Assembly (NCBI GenBank): GCA_045544955.1
Contig: JAZPZY010000003.1
Span: 5,168 to 69,167 of the forward strand
Direction of reading: 5' to 3'
Length of the DNA stretch: 64,000 nucleotides
Source: Eubacteriales bacterium
GTDB lineage: Bacteria > Bacillota > Clostridia > Oscillospirales > CAG-272
Shown here: positions 39,790-48,811 of the stretch, piece by piece
How positions within the stretch are numbered: the stretch's first letter is position 1
How the letters are laid out: every line of letters begins with the position of its first letter
Notes under the pieces: model-generated
What the model saw: the letters and a program-made list of their open reading frames with translations, nothing else
Databases searched by the model: none
What the model was told of the DNA's origin: nothing
Position numbers and translations under genes: made by a program

Positions 39790-40458
39790 ATGAATTTTGA
39801 AATCAAACACATCCGCAAAAGCTACGGCAAAAAAATGCCGCTCCGTGACACGGAATTTTCCGTATCCTCTTCTCAGTGTGTCGGCATTCTCGGAAAAAAC
39901 GGAAGCGGCAAATCAACGCTGTTATCCATTCTTGCCGGAGTGCAGAAATGTACCGCCGGCGAATTCCTGCTTGACGGCGAGGATCTCTTCCGCAACACGG
40001 AGCGTCTCTCAAAAACGGTGGGCTACGTTCCCCAGGGGACGCCCTTTCTTGAGGAATTGAACGCACGGGACAATCTGCTTTTGTGGTATGATAAAAAATC
40101 CATGGAAAAAGAACTGGCAGACGGCGTACTGAAAATGCTCGGGATTGATGAATTTTTGACGACACCCGTCAGAAAAATGTCCGGCGGCATGAAAAAGCGG
40201 CTTTCCATCGGCTGTTCCATTGCGAAAAAGCCCTCTCTTTTGCTGCTCGACGAGCCGTGTGCGGCTCTTGACCTTGTCTGCAAACGAAGCATTCACGAAT
40301 ATCTTCAGAACTATAAAGCGGCCGGTGGCGCTCTTATCCTTACGACCCACGACGAGGGCGATCTCGCTCTTTGCAACGCCCTGTATATACTGAAAGACGG
40401 AATTCTGCACAGATATGAGCACGATGGAAACGTTGACCGTCTTGTGGGGATGCTGTGA
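39790..40458 (+). CDS. ABC transporter ATP-binding protein
   Basis: ATG 39790 (MNFEIKHIRKSYG). Walker A GKNGSGKST, signature MSGGMKKRL, Walker B LLLLDEP. Confidence 0.9.
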   Translation: MNFEIKHIRKSYGKKMPLRDTEFSVSSSQCVGILGKNGSGKSTLLSILAGVQKCTAGEFLLDGEDLFRNTERLSKTVGYVPQGTPFLEELNARDNLLLWYDKKSMEKELADGVLKMLGIDEFLTTPVRKMSGGMKKRLSIGCSIAKKPSLLLLDEPCAALDLVCKRSIHEYLQNYKAAGGALILTTHDEGDLALCNALYILKDGILHRYEHDGNVDRLVGML

Positions 40459-41699
40459 TGCGGCGATTTTGTATATATACACGCTTGCAGATGAGGCGTG
40501 CCGCCCGTTACGCACCGTTCGTCCTTCTGGTGACGCTTATACTCTGCCTTTCTCTGACGCTTGCACTTCTCAGTATTGTGAACACAAAAAACAACAGTGC
40601 TTCCGACACAAAAATCGGGATCGGCATCGTGGGCGACTTTGAAAACGGATATCTGCAATTCGGAGTGTCCGCACTCAAATCCTTCGATTCCTCACGGTAT
40701 TTCCTCGATGTGCTCGCCCTTAGCGAGGAGGAGGCCATGGAAATGCTTCTTGCCGGAAAGATCAACGGTTACGTCGTGATCCCCAATTCGTTTATCAGTG
40801 ACGCCATGCACGGCAGGATAAACGAGCTGAACTTTATCACCACCGGCACAAATATCGGCCTGATCGATATGTTCAAGCAGGAAGTGCTGGATCTCGTTTC
40901 CTGTATTCTGGTGGAATCGCAAAAGGGCGTTTTCGGTATGGAGGACGCCATGCGCGAGCGCGGCTTCTCCTACGGTGAAATCATGGACATGTCCGAAGAG
41001 TTGTGTCTCACGTACGTGGATCTTATCGTTGACCGATCCAAGGCAATTAAACTGGAAGTGATCGGCGTTTCCGACAACCTCACCTTCGGCGGATATATGT
41101 TTTCCGGGTTCTTTATTCTGCTCATGCTTTTGTCGGGGATCGCATACTGCCCTCTCTATATCTGCCGCGACAGCGCCTTTCCGAAACTGCTGCGCGCAAG
41201 CCGGTTCGGCGCCGGCGGACAGATCGCCGGCGAATATCTCTCTTTTTTTTCACTGGCGGCGGTAAATACAACGGCGCTTCTCGGGCTTTTGACAGCCGGC
41301 TTCAGCCGGATGCCCCAAGGTATTCCCGAACTTTCAGGAAAAGACACGGCGGAGATTCTTTCGATACTCGTTCAGTTTATTCCCGCAATAGCGCTCATCA
41401 CGGCGCTGCAGTACCTTTTGTATCAGTTATCCGACGCTTTGGTAAGCGGCGTACTTATACAGTTTGTTTCCGCCGTCATCCTCGGCTACGTTTCGGGATG
41501 TTTTTATCCCATCAGTTTTTTCCCAAAAGCCATACGCATCGCATCCGCTTTTCTTCCTTCCGGAATGGCACGCGGATATCTTTCCTCTGTGATTACCGAT
41601 ACCGTCTCCCTTCGGCAGATCGTTTCCATCGTCCTGTATACGGCGATCATGCTTGCGCTGTCCGCTCTTATCAGGTATCGCCGGATCACCGAGGCATAA
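40458..41699 (+). CDS. ABC-2 type permease with large N-terminal extracytoplasmic domain
   Basis: Start overlaps the ATPase stop (TGATG). One N-terminal TM, an extracytoplasmic domain of about 170 aa, then about five C-terminal TM helices. Confidence 0.75.
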   Translation: MRRFCIYTRLQMRRAARYAPFVLLVTLILCLSLTLALLSIVNTKNNSASDTKIGIGIVGDFENGYLQFGVSALKSFDSSRYFLDVLALSEEEAMEMLLAGKINGYVVIPNSFISDAMHGRINELNFITTGTNIGLIDMFKQEVLDLVSCILVESQKGVFGMEDAMRERGFSYGEIMDMSEELCLTYVDLIVDRSKAIKLEVIGVSDNLTFGGYMFSGFFILLMLLSGIAYCPLYICRDSAFPKLLRASRFGAGGQIAGEYLSFFSLAAVNTTALLGLLTAGFSRMPQGIPELSGKDTAEILSILVQFIPAIALITALQYLLYQLSDALVSGVLIQFVSAVILGYVSGCFYPISFFPKAIRIASAFLPSGMARGYLSSVITDTVSLRQIVSIVLYTAIMLALSALIRYRRITEA

Positions 41700-41715
41700 A
41701 CCGTGAGGGAAAGAT

Positions 41716-42873
41716 ATGATCAGACTGAAAAACAGCATCCGACAGTATTGTTTACTCAAAAAACAACTTCTGCATAAAAAGAGTTTTATCGCAATACTGC
41801 TCCTTGTCCCGCTCCTCGTTACCGCCTTGGGAATGGCCGCTGGCAACGGCGACAGCGGTGTTCTTACCGTTGCGTTGACAGCCGAAAGCAGTAAGGACGA
41901 AATCGCCTGGGAAATCGTAGAAAAACTCATGACCGAAGAGCGGCTAATCCGATTTTTCCCGTGCACGGACAGGGAGGAGGCCGCCCGGTGCGTGCAGGCG
42001 GGAGAGGCCGATGCCGCCTGGATATTTCACGGCGATATACTTAAAAAAGCGGACGCCTTCGTAAGCCACGCACACACAAATAACGCCCTCGTTACCGTTA
42101 TTCAGCGCGAGGACGGCGTTGCGCTTCGGCTTTCCCGCGAAAAGCTGAACGCCGTACTGTACCCCTACCTTTCGTACGCACTCTTTTCCAGCGATGCCCA
42201 CGACCGATTGGAGCAGATCACGGAGATGGAGCTGAAAACCTATTATCAATCGGTCGATCCGGAGGGCGAAGATCTTTTTACGTTCATGTACGCAGGCACA
42301 AACACCGAAAACGAAGCGGTGCCCGAAGGCCAGCAGCATTTTCTTCTCTCTCCTTTGCGCGGACTTCTTGCTATAATGATCGTCCTCGGCGGCATGGCAG
42401 CAGCCATGTATTATATGCAGCACGAAGCGTCCGGTTTTTTTGACAGATTCTCTAAAAACGCCCTGTTCCCGTTTTCAATCCTCCACCACGCAGCCGCCGT
42501 AACGATGGTCGGCACAGCGGTGTTCGGTGCCCTTCATCTGGCGCAAATATCCGTAGGCTGGGGATACGAATTGCTTGTGCTGACGCTTTATTGCGCAGCC
42601 GCCGTGGGCTTCTGTCTTTGTCTTCGGCTTATTCTTTCAGGCATTCGGCTCTTTGCAACCCTTGCCCCCGTCCTTATCGTAGTGATGACCGTTTTCTGTC
42701 CGATCCTGTTTCAGCCGCCCAGGCTCCCGGCGATTCAGTTCCTCCTGCCAACGTATTATTATCTGAACGCATTCTCAAACAGAAATTTTGTCTGGTATAT
42801 GGCACTCTACTGTGTCGCGGTGTATACTGCGGCGTATCTCTTGCATCTTCTTCGTTCCAAGCGGTTCAGATGA
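41716..42873 (+). CDS. second ABC-2 type permease-like membrane protein
   Basis: 385 aa with the same topology (TM, loop of about 180 aa, C-terminal TM bundle). Confidence 0.7.
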   Translation: MIRLKNSIRQYCLLKKQLLHKKSFIAILLLVPLLVTALGMAAGNGDSGVLTVALTAESSKDEIAWEIVEKLMTEERLIRFFPCTDREEAARCVQAGEADAAWIFHGDILKKADAFVSHAHTNNALVTVIQREDGVALRLSREKLNAVLYPYLSYALFSSDAHDRLEQITEMELKTYYQSVDPEGEDLFTFMYAGTNTENEAVPEGQQHFLLSPLRGLLAIMIVLGGMAAAMYYMQHEASGFFDRFSKNALFPFSILHHAAAVTMVGTAVFGALHLAQISVGWGYELLVLTLYCAAAVGFCLCLRLILSGIRLFATLAPVLIVVMTVFCPILFQPPRLPAIQFLLPTYYYLNAFSNRNFVWYMALYCVAVYTAAYLLHLLRSKRFR

Positions 42874-42938
42874 GTTATACGTCTGTATGCACGGCACGAA
42901 GCCCCGACAGCATCCCCTCACAGAAGTTTCACAAAAGG

Positions 42939-42964
42939 AAAAAGCACCCCGCCGGGTGCTTTTT
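42939..42964. terminator. bidirectional intrinsic terminator
   Basis: AAAAAGCACCC-CGCC-GGGTGCTTTTT between convergent stops at 42873 and 43017. Confidence 0.8.
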
Positions 42965-43016
42965 CCTCTTTTAGGAAAGAAAATTCTGCCGTGCCGTGTC
43001 CGGCCTATTCGAAATT

Positions 43017-44102
43017 TCACTTACCGTTTTCGGACGTCTCTTCCGTTTCCGCCTCGTCCGAGGCGGCATATTCAAGAAAGATGTCGGCAAGTTTTGCAAA
43101 AAACGGTTTGTTGATGCTGAAATACATCGTTCTTCCCCGGTTTCTCGTCTTAAAAAGGCCCGCACGCTCTAAAGTAGACAAATGATAATACGTATTCGTG
43201 CGTGCCAAAGGTAACACCTGTTCCACGTCTCTCTGCGTAATCTCGCCTTTTTCCTGTGCTATTTTCAGGATGGAAATCCGGTTTTCATCGGACAAAGCCA
43301 GGCCGACTGCCTGCAGATCGGGGATCTTCCAATCCCCCTCCAGCATTTTCAGCTGGTTCTTATATTCCACACCCATTACCAGAAAGAAAGCGTCTCCCAT
43401 ACTTCCCGTCATCAGATGCGTTCTACAATTCTGACACCAGGATATGGTCACAGTGTCATAGGCTCTTATATCAATAGCGATGGTCTTCAGTGATACCAAC
43501 CCGGCAATCAACTCGTCCATATTCAGCTCGTTCTGCAGAGTCAGCAGCTGTTCGGCATTTTGCTCGTACAGTTTTGAAAGCTGTGCCTCCTTGACAATCA
43601 GATCATGGTACAAATGACGGATCACCGACTCGGGATCAATCAGAAAATCGTACAGTGCCGTTTTTATACGGAAACTGTGATTCGATGCACGAATCAGCTT
43701 GTTGGCGACCGCCACAGACGTCTTGCAGGCATCCCGCACCTCTTTGGGCTGATCCTCGAAATAAAACTCCAGTATATTGTCCACCACACGGTCGTAATCA
43801 AGGAGTTTTTCCAACACGTCTGAAACCGTACAATTCCCCTTTACAAGATCATCAAGGTTCGGGTCGTAGTAGTACTTCGTCATAAACGCCCGCTTTTCTT
43901 TATTCAAATAAAAAAACAGCAGACAGTCGTCGGAGATGGGCTGAAAATCCTCCACTACTTTAAGAAAGAACGCAACGTCCTCTTCATATTTCTGCTGATT
44001 CGCAACTTTTTGCGTACAAAACTCCGTATTGAAATTCAGCACGAACGTCCAGAACAGATCGTAGGTGTATCCCGGTTCCTTTGAAAATCGGACTGTTTTC
44101 AT
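43017..44102 (-). CDS. ArsR-family winged-helix regulator fused to an uncharacterised N-terminal domain of about 270 aa
   Basis: ATG 44102 (MKTVRFSKEPGYTYDLF...). C-terminal HTH LSDENRISILKIAQEKGEITQRDVEQVLPLARTNTYYHLSTLERAGLFKTRNRGRTMYFSIN. Confidence 0.75.
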   Translation of the reverse strand: MKTVRFSKEPGYTYDLFWTFVLNFNTEFCTQKVANQQKYEEDVAFFLKVVEDFQPISDDCLLFFYLNKEKRAFMTKYYYDPNLDDLVKGNCTVSDVLEKLLDYDRVVDNILEFYFEDQPKEVRDACKTSVAVANKLIRASNHSFRIKTALYDFLIDPESVIRHLYHDLIVKEAQLSKLYEQNAEQLLTLQNELNMDELIAGLVSLKTIAIDIRAYDTVTISWCQNCRTHLMTGSMGDAFFLVMGVEYKNQLKMLEGDWKIPDLQAVGLALSDENRISILKIAQEKGEITQRDVEQVLPLARTNTYYHLSTLERAGLFKTRNRGRTMYFSINKPFFAKLADIFLEYAASDEAETEETSENGK

Positions 44103-44243
44103 AATACAACACCCCCATTCAGCAGATATTGTAACACATAAAGGCGGATTTGTCAACGGCAGGGAGACTGCCGGGCGGTATCTTTCTCCGTCCGTCCCTG
44201 TCGAATCTTCGAAAAAATGCGTGAAAATCATGTGAACTTGTTA

Positions 44244-44272
44244 TTGACTTTTTCTGAGGATTGTAGTATACT
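44244..44272 (+). promoter_or_regulatory. sigma-A type promoter driving a non-coding transcript / pot leader
   Basis: TTGACT (44244-44249), 17 nt, TATACT (44267-44272), 465 nt upstream of the potA ATG. Confidence 0.65.
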
Positions 44273-44652
44273 GAATAGGATCTCAATTGGAAAGAGTTTT
44301 TTCCAAAGCAGGATTGAACGACCGCCGATTTTTTATCGGCTGAGGCCATACGGACAGCCGGGTCGAATGCCGAACACCGCCGTTTGCGGTTGGCAACTTC
44401 TGTTGCTTTATTGATTGAGTTAAAAGCTCAGTTTTATAAGTTGGTTACTATAAACCAAATGTGCCTTGGAGCATGAACTTGTGAAATGGTCAATAAGAGT
44501 AGTAAAAGTAATCTTTGCTATATAGACTCTGATCTGATTGCGATTCTTTGGAATTTGTGTTGGGTTATTCCGTCGGTGCCGCACGGCCCGGCTTTCGCCA
44601 TGTGCGAAAAACGGAGAAAATCCTCGCATAAAACGAATTTTTCGCAAAACAA

Positions 44653-44684
44653 GCGTCATGCCGAAAAACGGCATGGCGTTTTTT
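44653..44684 (+). terminator. intrinsic terminator immediately upstream of potA (candidate attenuator)
   Basis: GCGTCATGCCG-AAAAA-CGGCATGGCG followed by TTTTTT. Ends 52 nt before the potA ATG. Confidence 0.75.
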
Positions 44685-44736
44685 CATATTTATCCTCACA
44701 GCGGCAAACAATGAAGAAAGACAGGAAAAGCGGAAA

Positions 44737-45855
44737 ATGAAAAAGGTAGTTGAGCTGAAAAACATTTCCAAATCGTTTGACGGAGAGGTGGTTCTGGACA
44801 ATATCAGTCTGGATATTCACGACAATGAGTTTATGACTCTGCTGGGTCCGTCCGGCTGCGGAAAGACCACCACGCTCCGCATCATCGGCGGCTTTGAATT
44901 CCCCGATGAAGGCGACGTGATCTTCATGGGAGACCGGATCAACGACGTGCCCTCCCACAAACGGCACGTGAATACCGTTTTTCAGAAATACGCCCTGTTC
45001 CCCCATCTGAACGTATTTGAAAACGTGGCCTTCCCTCTCCGGGAGAGAAAGCTGCCCAAAAAGGAGATCAAGGAAAAAGTAGACAATATGCTCAAGATGG
45101 TCATGCTGTCCGGCTTTGCGGAGCGGCGTGTTACCAGTCTCTCCGGCGGTCAGCAGCAGCGCGTTGCCATCGCCCGGGCCCTTGTGAACGAGCCGAAGGT
45201 TCTGCTCCTTGACGAGCCGCTGGGGGCCCTGGATCTGAAGCTCCGAAAGGATATGCAGCAGGAGCTGAAGAAGATCCAGAAAAACACCGGTATCACCTTC
45301 ATCTTCGTTACCCACGATCAGGAAGAGGCTCTCAGTATGTCCGACACCATCGTGGTCATGAGCGAGGGTAAGATCCAGCAGATCGGAAGTCCTACCGATA
45401 TTTACAACGAGCCGGTAAACGCATTCGTTGCCGACTTTATCGGCGAGAGCAACATCATCGACGGCGTGATGCTGGAGGATTACCGGGTACGCTTCGGCGG
45501 ACACGTATTCCAGTGTCTGGACACGGGCTTCTCGAAAAACGAGCCGGTGGACGTGGTCATCCGGCCGGAGGACGTAGATATCGTTCCGCCGGAAAAGGGC
45601 ATGCTCTGCGGAACGGTCACCTCAGTGACGTTCATGGGCGTTCACAACGAAGCCATCGTGGACATCGGCGGCTTCAAGTGGATGATCCAGACCACCGATC
45701 CCGTAGAGGAGAACGCATACATCGGCATTACACTGGAGCCGGACGCTATTCATATTATGAAGAAATCCAAATACTCCGGCATGTTCGGTGACTACTCCTC
45801 CTACTCCAACGAGCTGGACGAACTCTCCAATCCGGGAGGTGCTGACGAAGAATGA
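44737..45855 (+). CDS. potA: spermidine/putrescine ABC transporter ATP-binding protein
   Basis: [24 protein letters not shown] and [11 protein letters not shown] motifs, plus a C-terminal TOBE-like domain. Confidence 0.9.
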   Translation: MKKVVELKNISKSFDGEVVLDNISLDIHDNEFMTLLGPSGCGKTTTLRIIGGFEFPDEGDVIFMGDRINDVPSHKRHVNTVFQKYALFPHLNVFENVAFPLRERKLPKKEIKEKVDNMLKMVMLSGFAERRVTSLSGGQQQRVAIARALVNEPKVLLLDEPLGALDLKLRKDMQQELKKIQKNTGITFIFVTHDQEEALSMSDTIVVMSEGKIQQIGSPTDIYNEPVNAFVADFIGESNIIDGVMLEDYRVRFGGHVFQCLDTGFSKNEPVDVVIRPEDVDIVPPEKGMLCGTVTSVTFMGVHNEAIVDIGGFKWMIQTTDPVEENAYIGITLEPDAIHIMKKSKYSGMFGDYSSYSNELDELSNPGGADEE

Positions 45856-46739
45856 AACGCACCTCTCCGAAAACAGCACCCTCTGCCTACCGCTCGGCAC
45901 TGGCTCCCTATTCTCTCTGGTCCGTGCTGTTCGTAGTGATTCCGCTTGTGTTCATTGCGTTCTACGCGTTCACGGATGATGATTTCTCCTTCACCACGGA
46001 ACACATCACCCGCTTCTTCACCGCCACCAGCAATGTGATCGAGGATGACGGTTCCACGAAAGAAGTGCGCACGTATCTCCTCATTTTCATGCGTTCGCTG
46101 AAGCTGGCCGTGATCTCCACCGCCGTCTGCCTGCTGATTGGCTATCCCATCGCCTACATTATGGCACGTGCCAAGGAAAAGACGCAGAAGACCATGGTCA
46201 CGCTGATCATGATCCCCATGTGGATGAACTTTCTGATCCGCACCTACGCCTGGATGACCCTTCTCCAGGACACCGGTATTATCAACACCCTGCTTGCCGG
46301 GATCGGTCTTGGGCCGCTCCACATCATCGGCACGGAGACCGCCGTCATTCTGGGTATGGTGTACGATTACTTCCCCTACATGGTTCTGCCGATCTACTCC
46401 ATCCTTGCCAAGCTGGACGGACGGCTTTTGGAAGCGGCACGGGATCTGGGCTGCGGCAGTTTTGCCGTGATGCGGCGGGTGGTATTCCCCCTCAGTCTGC
46501 CCGGCGTGATCTCCGGCATCACCATGGTGCTGATCCCCTCCATCAGCACGTTCTACATCTCGCAAAAGCTGGGTAACGGCAAGTTCTTCCTCATCGGTGA
46601 CGCCATCGAGGGCCAGTACATTGCCAACAATCTGCATTTCGCGGCAGCCATTGCCTTTATCCTCATGATCATTCTTCTGACGGTGATGGCCGTGGTAAAA
46701 TACGTGACCGCCCGCTACGTATACGGAGGTGAGCAGTAA
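45852..46739 (+). CDS. potB: spermidine/putrescine ABC transporter permease
   Basis: 295 aa, six TM helices. EAA loop [26 protein letters not shown] overlap with potA. Confidence 0.85.
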   Translation: MKRTSPKTAPSAYRSALAPYSLWSVLFVVIPLVFIAFYAFTDDDFSFTTEHITRFFTATSNVIEDDGSTKEVRTYLLIFMRSLKLAVISTAVCLLIGYPIAYIMARAKEKTQKTMVTLIMIPMWMNFLIRTYAWMTLLQDTGIINTLLAGIGLGPLHIIGTETAVILGMVYDYFPYMVLPIYSILAKLDGRLLEAARDLGCGSFAVMRRVVFPLSLPGVISGITMVLIPSISTFYISQKLGNGKFFLIGDAIEGQYIANNLHFAAAIAFILMIILLTVMAVVKYVTARYVYGGEQ

Positions 46740-46740
46740 G

Positions 46741-47577
46741 ATGAAACTTTCTTCGAAAATCTACAGTTTTATCGTTTTCGCCTTTCTGTTCGCTCCCATT
46801 GCGGTGCTCCTCGTATTCTCCTTTAACGAGGCGAAGAGCCTTTCTGTATTTTCCGAATTTTCGCTGAAATGGTACCGGGAGCTGTTCCGGGACCGCAACA
46901 CCCTGGAATCAGTGAAAAACACCCTGATTCTGGCGGCATCCGCCACTGCCATTTCCACGGTGATGGGCACGCTGGCCGCCGTAGGCATCAACAAGCTCCG
47001 CTCCCGCTGGTACCGGACCGCCATGAACACGGTGACGGATATTCCCATGACCAACCCGGACATCATCACCGGTATTTCCCTGATGCTGATGTTCGTATTT
47101 GTGGGCCGTCTCTTCGGTGCGGCGACCAGCCTCAATTTCGTTACCATGCTGATCGCCCACGTGACGTTCTGCACGCCCTACGCGATTCTGCAGGTACTCC
47201 CCAAACTCCAGCAGATGGACAAATCCCTGCCGGAGGCGGCTATGGATCTGGGCTGCACGCCTTTCCGTGCCTTTCTAAAGGTGGAACTGCCGGAGATCCT
47301 GCCCGGCATCATTACCGGTGCCATCATGGCGTTCACCCTGTCGCTGGACGATTTCGTAATCAGTTACTTCACCTCGGGCACCGGATTTGAAACGCTGCCC
47401 ATCCGAATCTACGCTATGACGAAGAAAACGGTTACGCCGAAAATGTACGCACTGGCCACCATCATCTTCTTCGTCACCCTGTCCCTTCTGCTCATCAGCA
47501 ATATCGTGGACACGGACGACCGCCGCAAACTCAAAGAACAAAAACACAACAAATCCACAAAGGAGAAACAGAAATGA
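46741..47577 (+). CDS. potC: spermidine/putrescine ABC transporter permease
   Basis: ATG 46741 (MKLSSKIYSF) 9 nt after GGAGGTG. EAA loop PEAAMDLGCTPFRAFLKVELP. Confidence 0.85.
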   Translation: MKLSSKIYSFIVFAFLFAPIAVLLVFSFNEAKSLSVFSEFSLKWYRELFRDRNTLESVKNTLILAASATAISTVMGTLAAVGINKLRSRWYRTAMNTVTDIPMTNPDIITGISLMLMFVFVGRLFGAATSLNFVTMLIAHVTFCTPYAILQVLPKLQQMDKSLPEAAMDLGCTPFRAFLKVELPEILPGIITGAIMAFTLSLDDFVISYFTSGTGFETLPIRIYAMTKKTVTPKMYALATIIFFVTLSLLLISNIVDTDDRRKLKEQKHNKSTKEKQK

Positions 47578-48677
47578 AAAAACGGATTCTTCTTTTTGCA
47601 GCCCTTCTGCTGTCTGCCGTTTTCCTCACCGCCTGCGGCGGTGATTCCCTCACGCTGAACGTATACAACTGGGGTGAATACATCTCCGACGGCAGCGAGG
47701 GCACCTTTGACACCGTACGGGAATTTGAAAAATGGTATAAGGAAACCTACGGACAGAAGGTGCGTGTCAACTACACCACCTTCACCTCCAACGAGGATAT
47801 GTACAACAAGATCTCCAGCGGTGCGGTAAGCTACGACGTGATCATCCCCTCCGATTACATGATCGCCCGGATGGCGTCGGAGGATCTGCTTCTCCCCCTT
47901 AATTTCGACAACATTCCCAATTATCAGAACATTGACGATACGTTCAAGGGTCTTTACTACGACCCCCAGAATCAGTACTCTGTTCCCTACGCCTACGGCA
48001 TCGTGGGTATCATTTACGACGCCAACGTGGTAGACGAAAAGGACACCGGCAGTTGGGATCTGATGTGGAACGAAAAGTACAAGGGTAAGATTTTGCAGTT
48101 CAACAACTCAAGAGACGCCTTCGGCACGGCCATGTATAAGCTGGGGCTGGACGTAAACGTCACCGATAAAAAGGTATGGGATCAGGCCTATGACGAGCTC
48201 TTGGCACAGCGTCCGCTGGTATACAGCTACGTAATGGATGAAATCTACAATATGATGGAATCCGGCGAAGCCGCCATCGGTGCTTACTACGCCGGCGACT
48301 ACTTCACCATGCGGGACGCACAGGCAGAGCACGTGGACCTCCGCTTCTACTATCCCGAGCCCACCAATCTGTACGTGGATGCCATGTGTATTCCCACCTG
48401 TGCACAGAACAAGGAGCTGGCCGAGATCTTCATCAACTACATGCTTTCGGAAGAACCTGCCGTTGCCAATGCGGAATACACCTACTACGCTTCTCCCAAC
48501 CGCATCGTATATACGAACGAAACGTATATTGAGGATATGGGTGAGGAAACCATGGCGGTGCTCTATCCCGAGCTTGGCGATTTCGCTGAGAAATACAACA
48601 CGAGAGCGTACCGCAATCTGGACAAGGAAACCCTGCGGTATCTGAATACGCTTTGGGAAAACGTAAAGATCAACTGA
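47574..48677 (+). CDS. potD: spermidine/putrescine-binding lipoprotein
   Basis: Lipobox FLTACGG. 367 aa with PotD/PotF-like content. ATGA overlap with potC. Confidence 0.85.
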   Translation: MKKRILLFAALLLSAVFLTACGGDSLTLNVYNWGEYISDGSEGTFDTVREFEKWYKETYGQKVRVNYTTFTSNEDMYNKISSGAVSYDVIIPSDYMIARMASEDLLLPLNFDNIPNYQNIDDTFKGLYYDPQNQYSVPYAYGIVGIIYDANVVDEKDTGSWDLMWNEKYKGKILQFNNSRDAFGTAMYKLGLDVNVTDKKVWDQAYDELLAQRPLVYSYVMDEIYNMMESGEAAIGAYYAGDYFTMRDAQAEHVDLRFYYPEPTNLYVDAMCIPTCAQNKELAEIFINYMLSEEPAVANAEYTYYASPNRIVYTNETYIEDMGEETMAVLYPELGDFAEKYNTRAYRNLDKETLRYLNTLWENVKIN

Positions 48678-48685
48678 TTTTCTTT

Positions 48686-48719
48686 GAGGAGCCGATGCCG
48701 GCCAAGGCATCGGCTCCTC
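48686..48719 (+). terminator. intrinsic terminator after potD
   Basis: 14-bp perfect stem GAGGAGCCGATGCC / GGCATCGGCTCCTC with a GGCCAA loop. Confidence 0.75.
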
Positions 48720-48752
48720 GCTTTCCTTCTTCCCGAAAGTTAGGAGAGAAGA

Positions 48753-48782
48753 TTGACAACCGAGGGGCAAAGGCGGTATAAT
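48753..48782 (+). promoter_or_regulatory. sigma-A type promoter for the amidohydrolase gene
   Basis: TTGACA (48753-48758), 18 nt, TATAAT (48777-48782). Confidence 0.65.
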
Positions 48783-48811
48783 AAGATATAAATCTGCAAG
48801 GAGAACGAGAT

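Noticed and set aside
41243-41250. T8 homopolymer inside the first ABC-2 permease gene (possible slipped-strand phase switch)
   Set aside because: It encodes an ordinary SFF segment of a TM helix. Eight bases is short for efficient slippage, and nothing else suggests phase variation.
44217-44740. Track ORFs of 65 aa (44217-44414, +), 84 aa (44486-44740, +) and 84 aa (44420-44674, -) in the pot upstream region
   Set aside because: None has a Shine-Dalgarno sequence. They run through the promoter or the terminator hairpin, and their composition looks random. I treat the region as non-coding. Only the last 9 codons (u[12 protein letters not shown]) are mentioned in a finding, as a weak possibility.
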